NCBI RefSeq assembly: GCF_004017535.1
Contig: NZ_SAJS01000016.1
Source: Mesorhizobium sp.
Lineage (GTDB): Bacteria; Pseudomonadota; Alphaproteobacteria; Rhizobiales; Rhizobiaceae
DNA length: 64,000 nt
Strand: one strand, 5' to 3'
The position numbers were made by a program, and so were the translations under genes. The notes beneath the pieces were generated by a model. That model was given only the letters and a program-made list of their open reading frames with translations, searched no databases and had not been told where the DNA came from. This document shows, piece after piece, positions 48,328 to 57,456 of this stretch; within the stretch, counting starts at the first letter, position 1; each line of letters starts with the position of its first letter.

Positions 48328-48543
48328 ATGCCCATTCGCCTGAAAAAGCTGATCGGAACCATCCTGCTTGTGGCGCTGGTCATCATCTATGCGCTGATCG
48401 CCTCCGCGGTCGCGGTCACCAGGCTCGCCGAATACGGGCCGACGGCGCACCTCCTGTTCTTCCTGCTCAGCGGCTTTCTCTGGGTTCTGCCGGCCATGGC
48501 CATCATCAAATGGCTGATCATCGAGCCGCGGCCGAAGGGCTGA
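48328..48543 (+). CDS. DUF2842-family small membrane protein
   Basis: 71 aa with two TM segments. Divergent from ctaA, as is typical in alphaproteobacteria. ORF trimmed to ATG 48328. Confidence 0.65.
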   Translation: MPIRLKKLIGTILLVALVIIYALIASAVAVTRLAEYGPTAHLLFFLLSGFLWVLPAMAIIKWLIIEPRPKG

Positions 48544-48573
48544 TCCTCGCTGACGCTGTGGGCGCGGGCCAGT

Positions 48574-49659
48574 CTAGATGGTCACCACCATCTTGCCGGC
48601 ATTGGCGAGCGGCGTCGTGAAACCGGACAGCATCGTTTGGATATGCGCAACGCTCTGGTAGCGGCCGTTGACGGAGATGCGCGGCAGCGCGTGCAGGAAG
48701 CCGGCATGCTCGGCCCTCAGCACGCCGTGCCGCGTGGTCACCGCCGAGACGTAGCCCGCGTCGCGCGCGAAGCCCACTTCGCGGCAGCCGACAGCGCTGG
48801 CATAGCCGTAAGGGTAAGCGAAATGACGCGGCTCCTCGCCGAGCCTTTCTTCAAGGATGCGGCGCACGTCGCCGATCTCATGACGCGCATCGGCTTCGGA
48901 CAGCCGCTTCAAATTTCGATGATTGACCGTGTGCGCGCCGATGGTCACCAGCGGGTGGGCGGCCGTGGCGCGGAGCTCATCCCAATTCATCAAGGTGCAT
49001 GGGCTGCCTTTGCCAAGTTCATAGGCGTTCGATCGGGCAAGCTCGCGCAAGGCCGCACCCTGCTCCTCCTCGGGCACTTCCATGGTCAGCCAAGCGTTCA
49101 GCCGCGCGACGGCCTGGATCTTCCTTCCCCGTGTCGAGCAATCGATCACCCTGTGCTTGCCCGCCATCGTCAGCGTCAGGCGCGAGCTGGTGTCGACGAT
49201 GTCCTCGATGACGTCCCACCACAGATCGACGGCGCCGTCGATCAGGCCGGGGGCGACGTAGATGGTGATCGGCGCGCCGTGCTTTTCCAACACCGGAAGC
49301 GCCTCGGTCATGTTGTCACGATAGGCGTCGTCGGCGGTGATGGTGGCGAACTGGCCGCCTTTCCCGCCCATCTTGATGCGCTCGATCGCTTCATCAAGCG
49401 AAACAAAGGCATAACCCCTTTCCTTCATGTCGGCTATCAGCCTGTCGAGGAAGGCGGGAGCGATGTTCAGATGGCGGTTGACGCTGTTCGGCTTCTCCGG
49501 CGTCGCGGTGACGCGGTGCAGCATCAGGATGGCGCCGATGCCGCCGACAAACGGCCGCGCCAAGGGTGCCAGACCGGAGTAGCGGGCAAGGTTCAACGCC
49601 AGTTTCCGGATTGCCTCGCCCCCGTCGATCATTCCTTCACCTTTTGCGCCTAGGCTCAT
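48574..49659 (-). CDS. polysaccharide deacetylase (NodB-fold) family protein
   Basis: ATITADDAYRD...APITIYV...IGAHTVNHRNL...FAYPYG. The alternative start ATG 49632 has a better SD. Confidence 0.85.
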   Translation of the reverse strand: MSLGAKGEGMIDGGEAIRKLALNLARYSGLAPLARPFVGGIGAILMLHRVTATPEKPNSVNRHLNIAPAFLDRLIADMKERGYAFVSLDEAIERIKMGGKGGQFATITADDAYRDNMTEALPVLEKHGAPITIYVAPGLIDGAVDLWWDVIEDIVDTSSRLTLTMAGKHRVIDCSTRGRKIQAVARLNAWLTMEVPEEEQGAALRELARSNAYELGKGSPCTLMNWDELRATAAHPLVTIGAHTVNHRNLKRLSEADARHEIGDVRRILEERLGEEPRHFAYPYGYASAVGCREVGFARDAGYVSAVTTRHGVLRAEHAGFLHALPRISVNGRYQSVAHIQTMLSGFTTPLANAGKMVVTI

Positions 49660-49673
49660 CCAAGCACGACATT

Positions 49674-49707
49674 CGCCTATGCGAACCCCCCGCCTATGCG
49701 AACCCCC
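49674..49707. repeat. perfect 17-bp tandem direct repeat (x2)
   Basis: CGCCTATGCGAACCCCC at 49674-49690 is repeated exactly at 49691-49707, within the 81-nt divergent intergenic region. Confidence 0.95.
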
Positions 49708-49740
49708 AAGTCGGAACCAATACGTCTTAAGGATTGAGGG

Positions 49741-50970
49741 ATGGTTGACGCCGCCGCGTCATTTGACGGCAACCGGGTCGCGGCCAACGAGATTTCCGCG
49801 CACTCCATTCGAGCCGATCAGGGTCGATGGACCACTGCCGCAAGCGACGGTGTCGGCCTTGCCGACTACATTCAATTCTGCGCCTCGGCATTGTTCGCGC
49901 CGGCGCAAAGCGCATCCTGGGTCAACAACTGGGCAATCGCGACGGGCGCCGACATGGTTGTCGCGACGCTGGCTTATGACGCCCGCCCGGCGCTATCGCT
50001 GGCGCTGGAAGTCGTGCGGCGCGGCCCGTTCAAAATTGCCCGTTTCGCCGGCGGGCGTCACGCCAACGGCAATTTCGCCGCCGGCGATCCACGTTTCCTA
50101 TCCACCATCGACGGCCCGGCGACCCGCTCGATGTTCAAGGCGATCGCCAGGGCGCGCCCGGACATCGACCTGATCTCGCTGGAAAGACTGCTGCCCAACC
50201 TCGATGGCGTCGTCAACCCGCTCGCAGCGCTGCCCAGCTTCCCCAGTCCCAACCTTGCTCTCGCCGTCGACCTCGACGGCGGGTTCGACGCGCTGCTGTC
50301 GCGCGCGAGCGGCAAGCGCAAGCGCAAGAAGCACCGCTCGCAGACGCGCAAGTTCGAAGCCGTCGGCGCCTTCCGGCGGATCGAAGCCCGCACCCGCGAT
50401 GAAGTCGACAGGCTGCTCGACGCCTTTCTCGGGATGAAGGAAGCGCGTTTCGCCAAGATGGGCATCGCCAATGTCTTCGGCGACAGGCAGGTGCGCGACT
50501 TCTTCCGGGCGCTGTTTACCGATGCGCTGACCGAGGAAAAGCCCTCCTTCCTACTGCATGGCCTGGATGTGGCGGGAAAGCTGCGCGCGGTCACCGGCTC
50601 CAGCCGTTGCGGCAAACGGCTGATCTGCGAGTTCGGCGCCATCGCCGACGATGATCTCGCCTTCACCAGTCCCGGAGACTTCCTGTTCTTCGACAACATC
50701 CAGGAAGCCTGCGAGCTGGGTTTCGATGTCTACGATTTCTCGGTCGGCGACGAGGCTTACAAGCGGCTCTGGTGCGATATCGAAGTCCAGCATTTCGAGG
50801 TGCTTGCGCCACTCACGCTGAAGGGCCGTGCGCTGGCCGCGGCGATGCGGCAAGGCGCACGGGCGAAGGCCTTCATCAAGAACAACCCGACGGTCTGGAA
50901 TCTAACCAAGATGCTGCGCCGCAAGGCGGCCGGACAGGCAGCTCCGGCCCCCGCCGAGGACGACAGCTAG
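49741..50970 (+). CDS. CelD/BioF2-like (FemAB-type GNAT, Acetyltransf_6) acyltransferase
   Basis: Size and pattern (...SGKRKRKKHRSQTRKFE...FLGMKEARFAKMGI...FDVYDFSVGDEAYKRLW) are typical of cellulose-biosynthesis CelD-like proteins. Confidence 0.7.
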   Translation: MVDAAASFDGNRVAANEISAHSIRADQGRWTTAASDGVGLADYIQFCASALFAPAQSASWVNNWAIATGADMVVATLAYDARPALSLALEVVRRGPFKIARFAGGRHANGNFAAGDPRFLSTIDGPATRSMFKAIARARPDIDLISLERLLPNLDGVVNPLAALPSFPSPNLALAVDLDGGFDALLSRASGKRKRKKHRSQTRKFEAVGAFRRIEARTRDEVDRLLDAFLGMKEARFAKMGIANVFGDRQVRDFFRALFTDALTEEKPSFLLHGLDVAGKLRAVTGSSRCGKRLICEFGAIADDDLAFTSPGDFLFFDNIQEACELGFDVYDFSVGDEAYKRLWCDIEVQHFEVLAPLTLKGRALAAAMRQGARAKAFIKNNPTVWNLTKMLRRKAAGQAAPAPAEDDS

Positions 50971-50989
50971 GCTTGGCAGACGTCGCTGA

Positions 50990-51433
50990 TTACGCCGCCT
51001 GAACGATCTCGACCAATTCAACGTCGAACACCAGGTCCTTTCCGGCCAACGGATGATTTCCGTCGAGCTTGACGCTGGCATCGTCGACGCCGATGACCGT
51101 CACTTGCATGGGACGACCCTCACGGGTGCGAGCCTGCAACCGGGTGCCAACATCGATGTTGATGTTTGCCGGCACGGCGGCGCGGTCGACGGTTACGACC
51201 GCCTCAGGGCGATGGGGACCATAAGCGGCGTCAGCGGGAACTGTGACGGTGCTTTTCGTGCCGACCTCCATGCCCTCGACATGGGTTTCCAGACCAGGAA
51301 TTACCTGCCCTTCACCGAGCGTAAACTGCAACGGTTCATTGCCGGAAGAATCGAATTGGGTGCCGTCCACCAGACGCCCAGTGTAGTTGATACGTACGGT
51401 GTCGCCGTTCTTGGCCTGTGTCATGGCAGCCAT
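50990..51433 (-). CDS. FKBP-type peptidyl-prolyl cis-trans isomerase (SlyD-like)
   Basis: VRINYTGRLVDGTQFDSS...PLQFTLGEGQVIPGLE...HPLAGKDLVFDVELVEI. Confidence 0.9.
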   Translation of the reverse strand: MAAMTQAKNGDTVRINYTGRLVDGTQFDSSGNEPLQFTLGEGQVIPGLETHVEGMEVGTKSTVTVPADAAYGPHRPEAVVTVDRAAVPANINIDVGTRLQARTREGRPMQVTVIGVDDASVKLDGNHPLAGKDLVFDVELVEIVQAA

Positions 51434-51605
51434 CCTTTTGGGAATTTTGGGGCCGGCCTATGGATCGCGGTCCCGCTCTCGATCATCCACGCACCAGAAT
51501 GCGCAGCGCGAAACATCCAAACTAGGAGCCTTGCCGCTGATGTAAAGTGCGGGAGCCGCCGAGAACTGCCGCGGCAACGCGGGACGGCCTTGTCGGCCTC
51601 CGGCC

Positions 51606-53855
51606 TTATGCGGCCGACCGGCGCCCGGGCAATGGATCTCCCGGCTCATGACCGACCGGAGTGACCAGCGTGACGTCGGGATAGCCGTTCTCGATCAGCT
51701 TCACCGCGGCCTGGGTCACCTGGTCGTCGGCTTCCAGCATCGACAGGAAGACTTCGGTGCCGTCGCCGACCAGGCGACTGATGCCCTGCGCGTCGGCAGG
51801 GCCGCATTCGACCACGACGAGATCGTAGGCCGTGGTCAGCGACTGCATGATGATGGGCAGCCGGTCGGCGGCGCGCATGGCGCGGACAGGGTCTGCGGTG
51901 CCGACCGGAATGACATGCGCATCCGAATAGAGATCGGGATGGATGACGTCGCTGAACTGCGCCTCGGAGGCTAGAAGATTGGTGATGCCGGGGAAAAGGC
52001 TCGAGTCCAGCATCGGCCGCGATGCCGCGCCCGACGCGGTCAGGTCGAGCAGCAACACACGCAGGCCAGCGTCGGAGACTTCGCGCGCCACCAGCACGGC
52101 GGACGCGGCGGCCTCATCGCCTTCGGGCGACACGAAGATCGCGCGCGCCGCGCCCGAAGCGATCAGCTTCTCCGCCGCCTTGTCGACATCGATCTCGCCG
52201 AGGCGGGATTGTCGCGGCTCGAGCGCCGATTTGCCGGGTTCAGAAGGCCCGACAACGGAGTCAGCGGGTCCGGCAGCGGGGGCATGAACCTCTACCGGCT
52301 CGCTCTCGGCCGGCCTTGGGAATTCCGCTTCCGCGATTGAATGTCCTGCCGCGGCTTCCTCGTAAGGAGCAAAAGCACGACGCTCGGCATCGATCGCCGG
52401 TTCCGTGCGCGCGACAGGCATCGCCACCTGCTCTATGTTCTCAAACCGGGCACCGGGGGCAGGACGCATGGCGCGGCCGGAGAACAGCTCGGCAATCAGC
52501 GTGCCAATCGCCATCAGCAGCAGAGCAGCGGCCGCGGCGGCCCCGGTGATCGGCCCGATCTTCGGGAAATAAGGCTGCGACGGCACTTGCGCCTGCGCGA
52601 TCAGGCTAGCCGCGACGGGGGAGTATTTGCGGTCCTTGCGCGAGGCCGCCGCATTGTAACTTGCCATATAGGATTCAAGCTGTTGGCGCTGAACGTTCGC
52701 GTCGCGCTGCAAGGCATCCAACTGCACCTGCTGTTCGCCGGCGCGTGCCGAGGCGGCTTTCAGGGTGTTGACGTCCGCGAGCAGCTGATCCTCGCGGGCC
52801 TTGGCCGTCTGAGCCTGCGCCGACAGCCCGCGGATGATCTTTTGCGCCTCGTTGCGGATCTGGCCGTCGAGGTCGGCAAGCTGCGACTTCAGCGCCCGGA
52901 TGCGCGGATGATTGTCCAACAGGGTCGTCGAAAGGTCGGCAATATTGGCCCGGAGTTCGACCTGCCGCTCGCGCAGGCGCTGGATCAGCTCGGAGGACAG
53001 CACTTCCGGCACGCTGTCCAGCGAACCGCCATTCTGCAGCGCCCGGCGCACGCTCTCGGCACTCGCCTCGGCGGCGGCGCGGCTGGCGCGCACGCGCGAC
53101 AGCTCGCTCGACAGCTCGGCAAGCTGCTGAGTCGGCAGTACCGCATTGTTGCCGCCCATCAGAAGGTCGGACTGGGCGCGGAAGGCGGCGACCTTGGCCT
53201 CGGCGTCCCTCACGCGATTCTGCAGATCGGCAATTTCCGGCGCCAGGAAGTTGGTTGCGGCGGCGTTCGATTCGAGCTTGGCGTCACTCTTCGAGGCGAT
53301 ATAGGCAATGGCAATGCCGTTCGCGATATCGGCGGCAAGCTTCGGATCCTTCGAAGAGAACTCGATTGCAATCGCGCGTGTCTTTTCGACGGCGTAGACA
53401 TTGAGCTTGTCGTGCATGGCATTCAGCACGCGCTCTTCCGGCGGAATATCGAAGGGGTCGCTTTTCAAGCCGACGAGAACGAGGATGCGTCCGAGCGCCG
53501 ACATCTTCAGCGTTTCGTCGAACTCCGGCAGCTTGTCCAGATTGAGCTTGGTCGCGACCTGCTTGAGGATATCGGGCGAGGAAATGATCTGGACCTGAGT
53601 CGCCACGCCCTGTTCGTCGAGAATCGGCTTGTCGTCATCGTTGGTGCCCGGCGGCCGGGTGTATTCCGATTCGCGCGAGCCGATCTCCAGCTTGGCAGTC
53701 GCCTTGTAATAAGGCGTCGCGAGCCAGGCCAAAGCGAAGGCGAGCCCGGTGACCACAAGCGTGACGAGAACAATGCGCAGCCAGTTCCTCGCCAGGCTGG
53801 CGAACAGCCGTCTCAGGTCGACATCGACATCTGCGGCCGCGGATTGAACGGACAT
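51606..53855 (-). CDS. polysaccharide co-polymerase (GumC/ExoP/Wzc-like) with a degenerate C-terminal kinase-like domain
   Basis: Wzz N-terminal domain, long coiled-coil periplasmic region and a second TM segment. The C-terminal P-loop position reads SPEGDEAAAS. ATG 53855 follows GGAGCAGGA. Confidence 0.85.
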   Translation of the reverse strand: MSVQSAAADVDVDLRRLFASLARNWLRIVLVTLVVTGLAFALAWLATPYYKATAKLEIGSRESEYTRPPGTNDDDKPILDEQGVATQVQIISSPDILKQVATKLNLDKLPEFDETLKMSALGRILVLVGLKSDPFDIPPEERVLNAMHDKLNVYAVEKTRAIAIEFSSKDPKLAADIANGIAIAYIASKSDAKLESNAAATNFLAPEIADLQNRVRDAEAKVAAFRAQSDLLMGGNNAVLPTQQLAELSSELSRVRASRAAAEASAESVRRALQNGGSLDSVPEVLSSELIQRLRERQVELRANIADLSTTLLDNHPRIRALKSQLADLDGQIRNEAQKIIRGLSAQAQTAKAREDQLLADVNTLKAASARAGEQQVQLDALQRDANVQRQQLESYMASYNAAASRKDRKYSPVAASLIAQAQVPSQPYFPKIGPITGAAAAAALLLMAIGTLIAELFSGRAMRPAPGARFENIEQVAMPVARTEPAIDAERRAFAPYEEAAAGHSIAEAEFPRPAESEPVEVHAPAAGPADSVVGPSEPGKSALEPRQSRLGEIDVDKAAEKLIASGAARAIFVSPEGDEAAASAVLVAREVSDAGLRVLLLDLTASGAASRPMLDSSLFPGITNLLASEAQFSDVIHPDLYSDAHVIPVGTADPVRAMRAADRLPIIMQSLTTAYDLVVVECGPADAQGISRLVGDGTEVFLSMLEADDQVTQAAVKLIENGYPDVTLVTPVGHEPGDPLPGRRSAA

Positions 53856-54119
53856 GCATCCTGCTCCGATCTTTGAGTCGAGGATGGACCGTAAACAACT
53901 ATGGTAACTCACCCGTTAAGATCGGAATGCACACTTAATAGACAACCCTCAAAGAACATCCGGCGAAAGCAATAGAACAATTGGGCTTTTTACCGATCCG
54001 TACGCTGCCCGATCAACGATCCTTTACCGCCCATTAACCCTAACAGGATGATAACGGTCGCACTTTCCTGGGGTTGTGCCGCGGCTTGCGGCAAGAGCGA
54101 TGAAGGTTCCTGGCCGGTC

Positions 54120-54683
54120 ATGAAAAGCACTGCTTCTCTCTTTCGCGCTTTGCTTGCCCTGTCGCTGCTCACCGGCTGCTCGAGCTATCGCCCGACGCCC
54201 GCTGCCTTCCATGAAGTGCTCGACCAGCCCTACCGGCTCGGCGCCGGCGACCGGGTCCGTGTCACGGTGTTCGAGCAGGACGGGTTGACCAACACCTACA
54301 GCGTCGACCAGTCCGGCTACCTCTCCTTCCCGCTGGTCGGTGCCGTGCCGGCGCGCGGCCACACCGCGCAGCAGTTGGAAAAGGAGATCGCCGACAAATT
54401 GCGCCAGGGCTATCTGCGCGATCCCGACGTTTCGGTCGAGATTGATCGTTACCGGCCGATTTTCGTGATGGGCGAAGTGGGCGCTGCCGGCCAGTATTCC
54501 TATGTGCCGGGGCTCACCGTGCAAAAGGCGGTCGCCATTGCCGGCGGCTTTACCCCGCGGGCCAATCAGGAGAGCGTCGACATCACCCGTGATATCAACG
54601 GCAAGGTGATGACCGGACGGGTGCTGACATCCGATCCATTGCTGCCAGGCGACACCGTCTACGTTCGCGAACGCCTGTTCTGA
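54120..54683 (+). CDS. polysaccharide export outer-membrane lipoprotein (Wza-like, Poly_export + SLBB)
   Basis: Lipobox LLTGC. YRLGAGDRVRVTVF...GYLSFPLVGAVPARGHTAQQLE...IFVMGEV. Confidence 0.88.
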   Translation: MKSTASLFRALLALSLLTGCSSYRPTPAAFHEVLDQPYRLGAGDRVRVTVFEQDGLTNTYSVDQSGYLSFPLVGAVPARGHTAQQLEKEIADKLRQGYLRDPDVSVEIDRYRPIFVMGEVGAAGQYSYVPGLTVQKAVAIAGGFTPRANQESVDITRDINGKVMTGRVLTSDPLLPGDTVYVRERLF

Positions 54684-54693
54684 AAAATCCGTC

Positions 54694-55824
54694 GTGACGG
54701 CGAATCTCAGAATCGTCCACTGCTTCCGCTCACCTGTCGGGGGAATCTTCCGGCATGTGCGCGACCTGACCGAGGCGCAGGTCGCCGCTGGCCATGCGGT
54801 GGGCATCGTCTGCGATTCGACGACCGGCGGCGACTACGAGGAGCGGCTGTTCGAGGCGATGAAGGACAGCCTCGCGCTCGGCATCCATCGCACGCCGATG
54901 CAGCGTCATGTAGGGCCGGGCGACCTCGCCTCGGCCTGGCGCACCTATCGAATCATCCAGGAATTGCGGCCGGACGTGCTGCATGGGCATGGCGCCAAGG
55001 GTGGCGCCTATGCCCGGCTGTTCGGCTCACTGTTGCGGGTTTCAAGGTCTCGCGTGGCCCGCCTTTATTCGCCGCATGGCGGCTCCCTCCACTATGACGA
55101 AACGACGGCGACGGGAAAGCTGTTCTTCGGCCTGGAGCGCTTCATGGCGCGCTTCACCGACTGCCTGCTGTTCGTTTCCGACTATGAGCGGAAAACCTAT
55201 CGCCGCAAGGTCGGCGAGCCGCCCATACCCAACCGGCTCGTCTATAACGGCCTGCGCGCCGCGGAATTCGAATCGGTGGCGACGGCGGCAGGCGCCGCCG
55301 ATTTTCTGTACATCGGCATGATGCGCGACCTGAAAGGTCCGGACATCTTCATCGATGCGCTGACCTTGGCCGGCAGCGAGCTTGAACGCCCATTGAGCGC
55401 CGTGATGGTCGGCGACGGCGACGACTTGCCGCGCTACCACGCGCAGGTCGAGCGGCTCGGCCTCAAGAACCGCGTTCGCTTTCTGCCGCCGATGCCGGCG
55501 AGGGAAGCTTTCGCCCTGGCCGAGCTGGTCGTGGTTCCGTCGCGCGCGGAGGCGATGCCCTATATCGTGCTCGAGGCCTTGGCCGCCGGCATGCCGATGA
55601 TCGCGACCGCGGTCGGCGGCATTCCGGAAATCTTCGGCGAGGGCTCTCCTGCCCTGATCCGGCCGGATCCCGTCGAGCTTGCCGGCAAAATCGGCATGGC
55701 GATCAAAGACATGGAAGCGTACCGCAAGGCGATGCCGCAGGCCGACGAGCTGAAGGCGCGATTCGGCGCCGACGTGATGGCCGCCGAGATCGAGAACGCC
55801 TATTTCGCGACGCTGAACAAGTAG
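54694..55824 (+). CDS. GT4-family glycosyltransferase
   Basis: GGIFRHVRDL...HGHGAKGG... and the C-terminal E-x7-E region PSRAEAMPYIVLEALAAGMP. Confidence 0.88.
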   Translation: MTANLRIVHCFRSPVGGIFRHVRDLTEAQVAAGHAVGIVCDSTTGGDYEERLFEAMKDSLALGIHRTPMQRHVGPGDLASAWRTYRIIQELRPDVLHGHGAKGGAYARLFGSLLRVSRSRVARLYSPHGGSLHYDETTATGKLFFGLERFMARFTDCLLFVSDYERKTYRRKVGEPPIPNRLVYNGLRAAEFESVATAAGAADFLYIGMMRDLKGPDIFIDALTLAGSELERPLSAVMVGDGDDLPRYHAQVERLGLKNRVRFLPPMPAREAFALAELVVVPSRAEAMPYIVLEALAAGMPMIATAVGGIPEIFGEGSPALIRPDPVELAGKIGMAIKDMEAYRKAMPQADELKARFGADVMAAEIENAYFATLNK

Positions 55825-55920
55825 GCGCAACCGCACAACAGCTTCAAAACCACGGGTTGTTTCAAGCCTTTCTTAGCTCTCTTTTGCTAAGCAATTGCGC
55901 GAAGCTCGCGGACAGTTCCC

Positions 55921-57456
55921 ATGAATGAGATCGACCCCGCACGCCGCTTTTCCATGGATGCGGTGCGCAACTACGATGCTCCCGCCGAAAGCGAAAAGCC
56001 CGGCGGCATCAACGATGTGGCGCGCCAGGTCGCCTCGCAATACCGGCGCGATACCATGTCCCCGATCATGGTCAGCGGCGTGCTGCGCATGGTCGAGTTC
56101 GCACTGCTGTTCCTGTCGGGGCTCGGCGTCTATTTCTACTATGTCGGCTTCTTCAATTATCTGGCATGGCAATACCCGCTGGCGATCGCGGCGACATCGT
56201 TCCTGGCCGTGGTGCTGCTCGACGTCACCGACTGCTACCAGATTGCGGCGCTGATGCGCCCGCTGGCCAATTTCGGCCGCGTGCTGCTCGTCTGGGCCGG
56301 CAGCTTCGCGCTGATGGCGCTGACCGCCTTTGCCATCAAGGCCTCGGAAGACTATTCGCGCCTGCTGTTCGGCACCTGGTTCGTGGTCGGCTTTGTGCTG
56401 ATCTTCGGCTTGAGGCTGGTGATGTCCAGGCTCATCCGGCGCTGGGCGCGCGACGGCCGCATGGAGCGCCGCGCCCTGATCGTCGGCGGCGGCAAGGCGG
56501 CCGAGCAGCTGATCCGCTCGGTCGAGAAGCAGCCCTACAACGACATCCGCATCTGCGGCATCTTCGACGACCGCAACGACAAGCGTTCGCCGCCGATCGT
56601 CGCCGGCTATCCGAAGCTCGGCACGATCTCCGAGCTCATTGAATTCGCCCGCATCGCGCGCATCGACATGCTGATCGTGTCGCTGCCGCTGACCGCCGAA
56701 TCGCGTGTCCTGCAGTTGCTCAAGAAACTCTGGGTGCTGCCGGTCGACATCCGGCTCTCGGCGCATTCCAACGCGCTGCAGTTCAGGCCCCGCGCCTACT
56801 CCTACATCGGCTCCGTGCCGATGCTCGACATCTTCGACAAGCCGATCAACGACTGGGACTCGGTTGCCAAGCGCGCCTTCGACATCGTCTTCTCGCTTGT
56901 CGGCATCATCGTCTTTTCACCGGTGATGCTCGCCACCGCGATCGCCATCAAGCTCGACAGCAAAGGCCCGGTGCTGTTCAAGCAGAAGCGGCACGGCTTC
57001 AACAACGAGATCATCGAGGTCTACAAGTTCCGCTCGATGTTCAGCGACCGGTCCGATCCGACCGCCAAGCAGACGGTGACCAAGAACGATCCGCGCGTCA
57101 CCCGCGTCGGCCGTTTCATCCGCAAGACCTCGATCGACGAGCTGCCGCAGTTCTTCAACTCGCTCTTCGGGTCGCTGTCGCTGGTCGGGCCGCGCCCGCA
57201 TGCGATTGCCGCCCAGTCGCACAACCTGCTCTACAACGAAGTGGTCGACGGCTATTTCGCCCGCCACAAGGTCAAGCCCGGCGTCACCGGCTGGGCGCAG
57301 ATCAATGGCTGGCGCGGCGAGATGGACACCAATGAAAAGATCCGCATGCGCACCGAATACGACCTCTACTACATCGAGAACTGGTCGATGCTGTTCGACC
57401 TGCGCATCCTGTTCCTGACGCCGGTCCGCCTGCTCAACACGGAAAACGCCTATTGA
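55921..57456 (+). CDS. undecaprenyl-phosphate hexose-1-phosphate transferase (WbaP/WcaJ/ExoY-type initiating enzyme)
   Basis: Multi-TM N-terminus, CoA_binding_3-like middle region, C-terminal Bac_transf motifs KRAFD...LFKQKRHG...DELPQFFN...SLVGPRPH. Confidence 0.9.
   Translation: MNEIDPARRFSMDAVRNYDAPAESEKPGGINDVARQVASQYRRDTMSPIMVSGVLRMVEFALLFLSGLGVYFYYVGFFNYLAWQYPLAIAATSFLAVVLLDVTDCYQIAALMRPLANFGRVLLVWAGSFALMALTAFAIKASEDYSRLLFGTWFVVGFVLIFGLRLVMSRLIRRWARDGRMERRALIVGGGKAAEQLIRSVEKQPYNDIRICGIFDDRNDKRSPPIVAGYPKLGTISELIEFARIARIDMLIVSLPLTAESRVLQLLKKLWVLPVDIRLSAHSNALQFRPRAYSYIGSVPMLDIFDKPINDWDSVAKRAFDIVFSLVGIIVFSPVMLATAIAIKLDSKGPVLFKQKRHGFNNEIIEVYKFRSMFSDRSDPTAKQTVTKNDPRVTRVGRFIRKTSIDELPQFFNSLFGSLSLVGPRPHAIAAQSHNLLYNEVVDGYFARHKVKPGVTGWAQINGWRGEMDTNEKIRMRTEYDLYYIENWSMLFDLRILFLTPVRLLNTENAY

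Noticed and set aside
49674-49707. The tandem repeat considered as a possible CRISPR or minisatellite array.
   Set aside because: There are only two 17-bp units with no spacers, no further copies in the window and no cas genes. It is kept as a promoter-region duplication instead.
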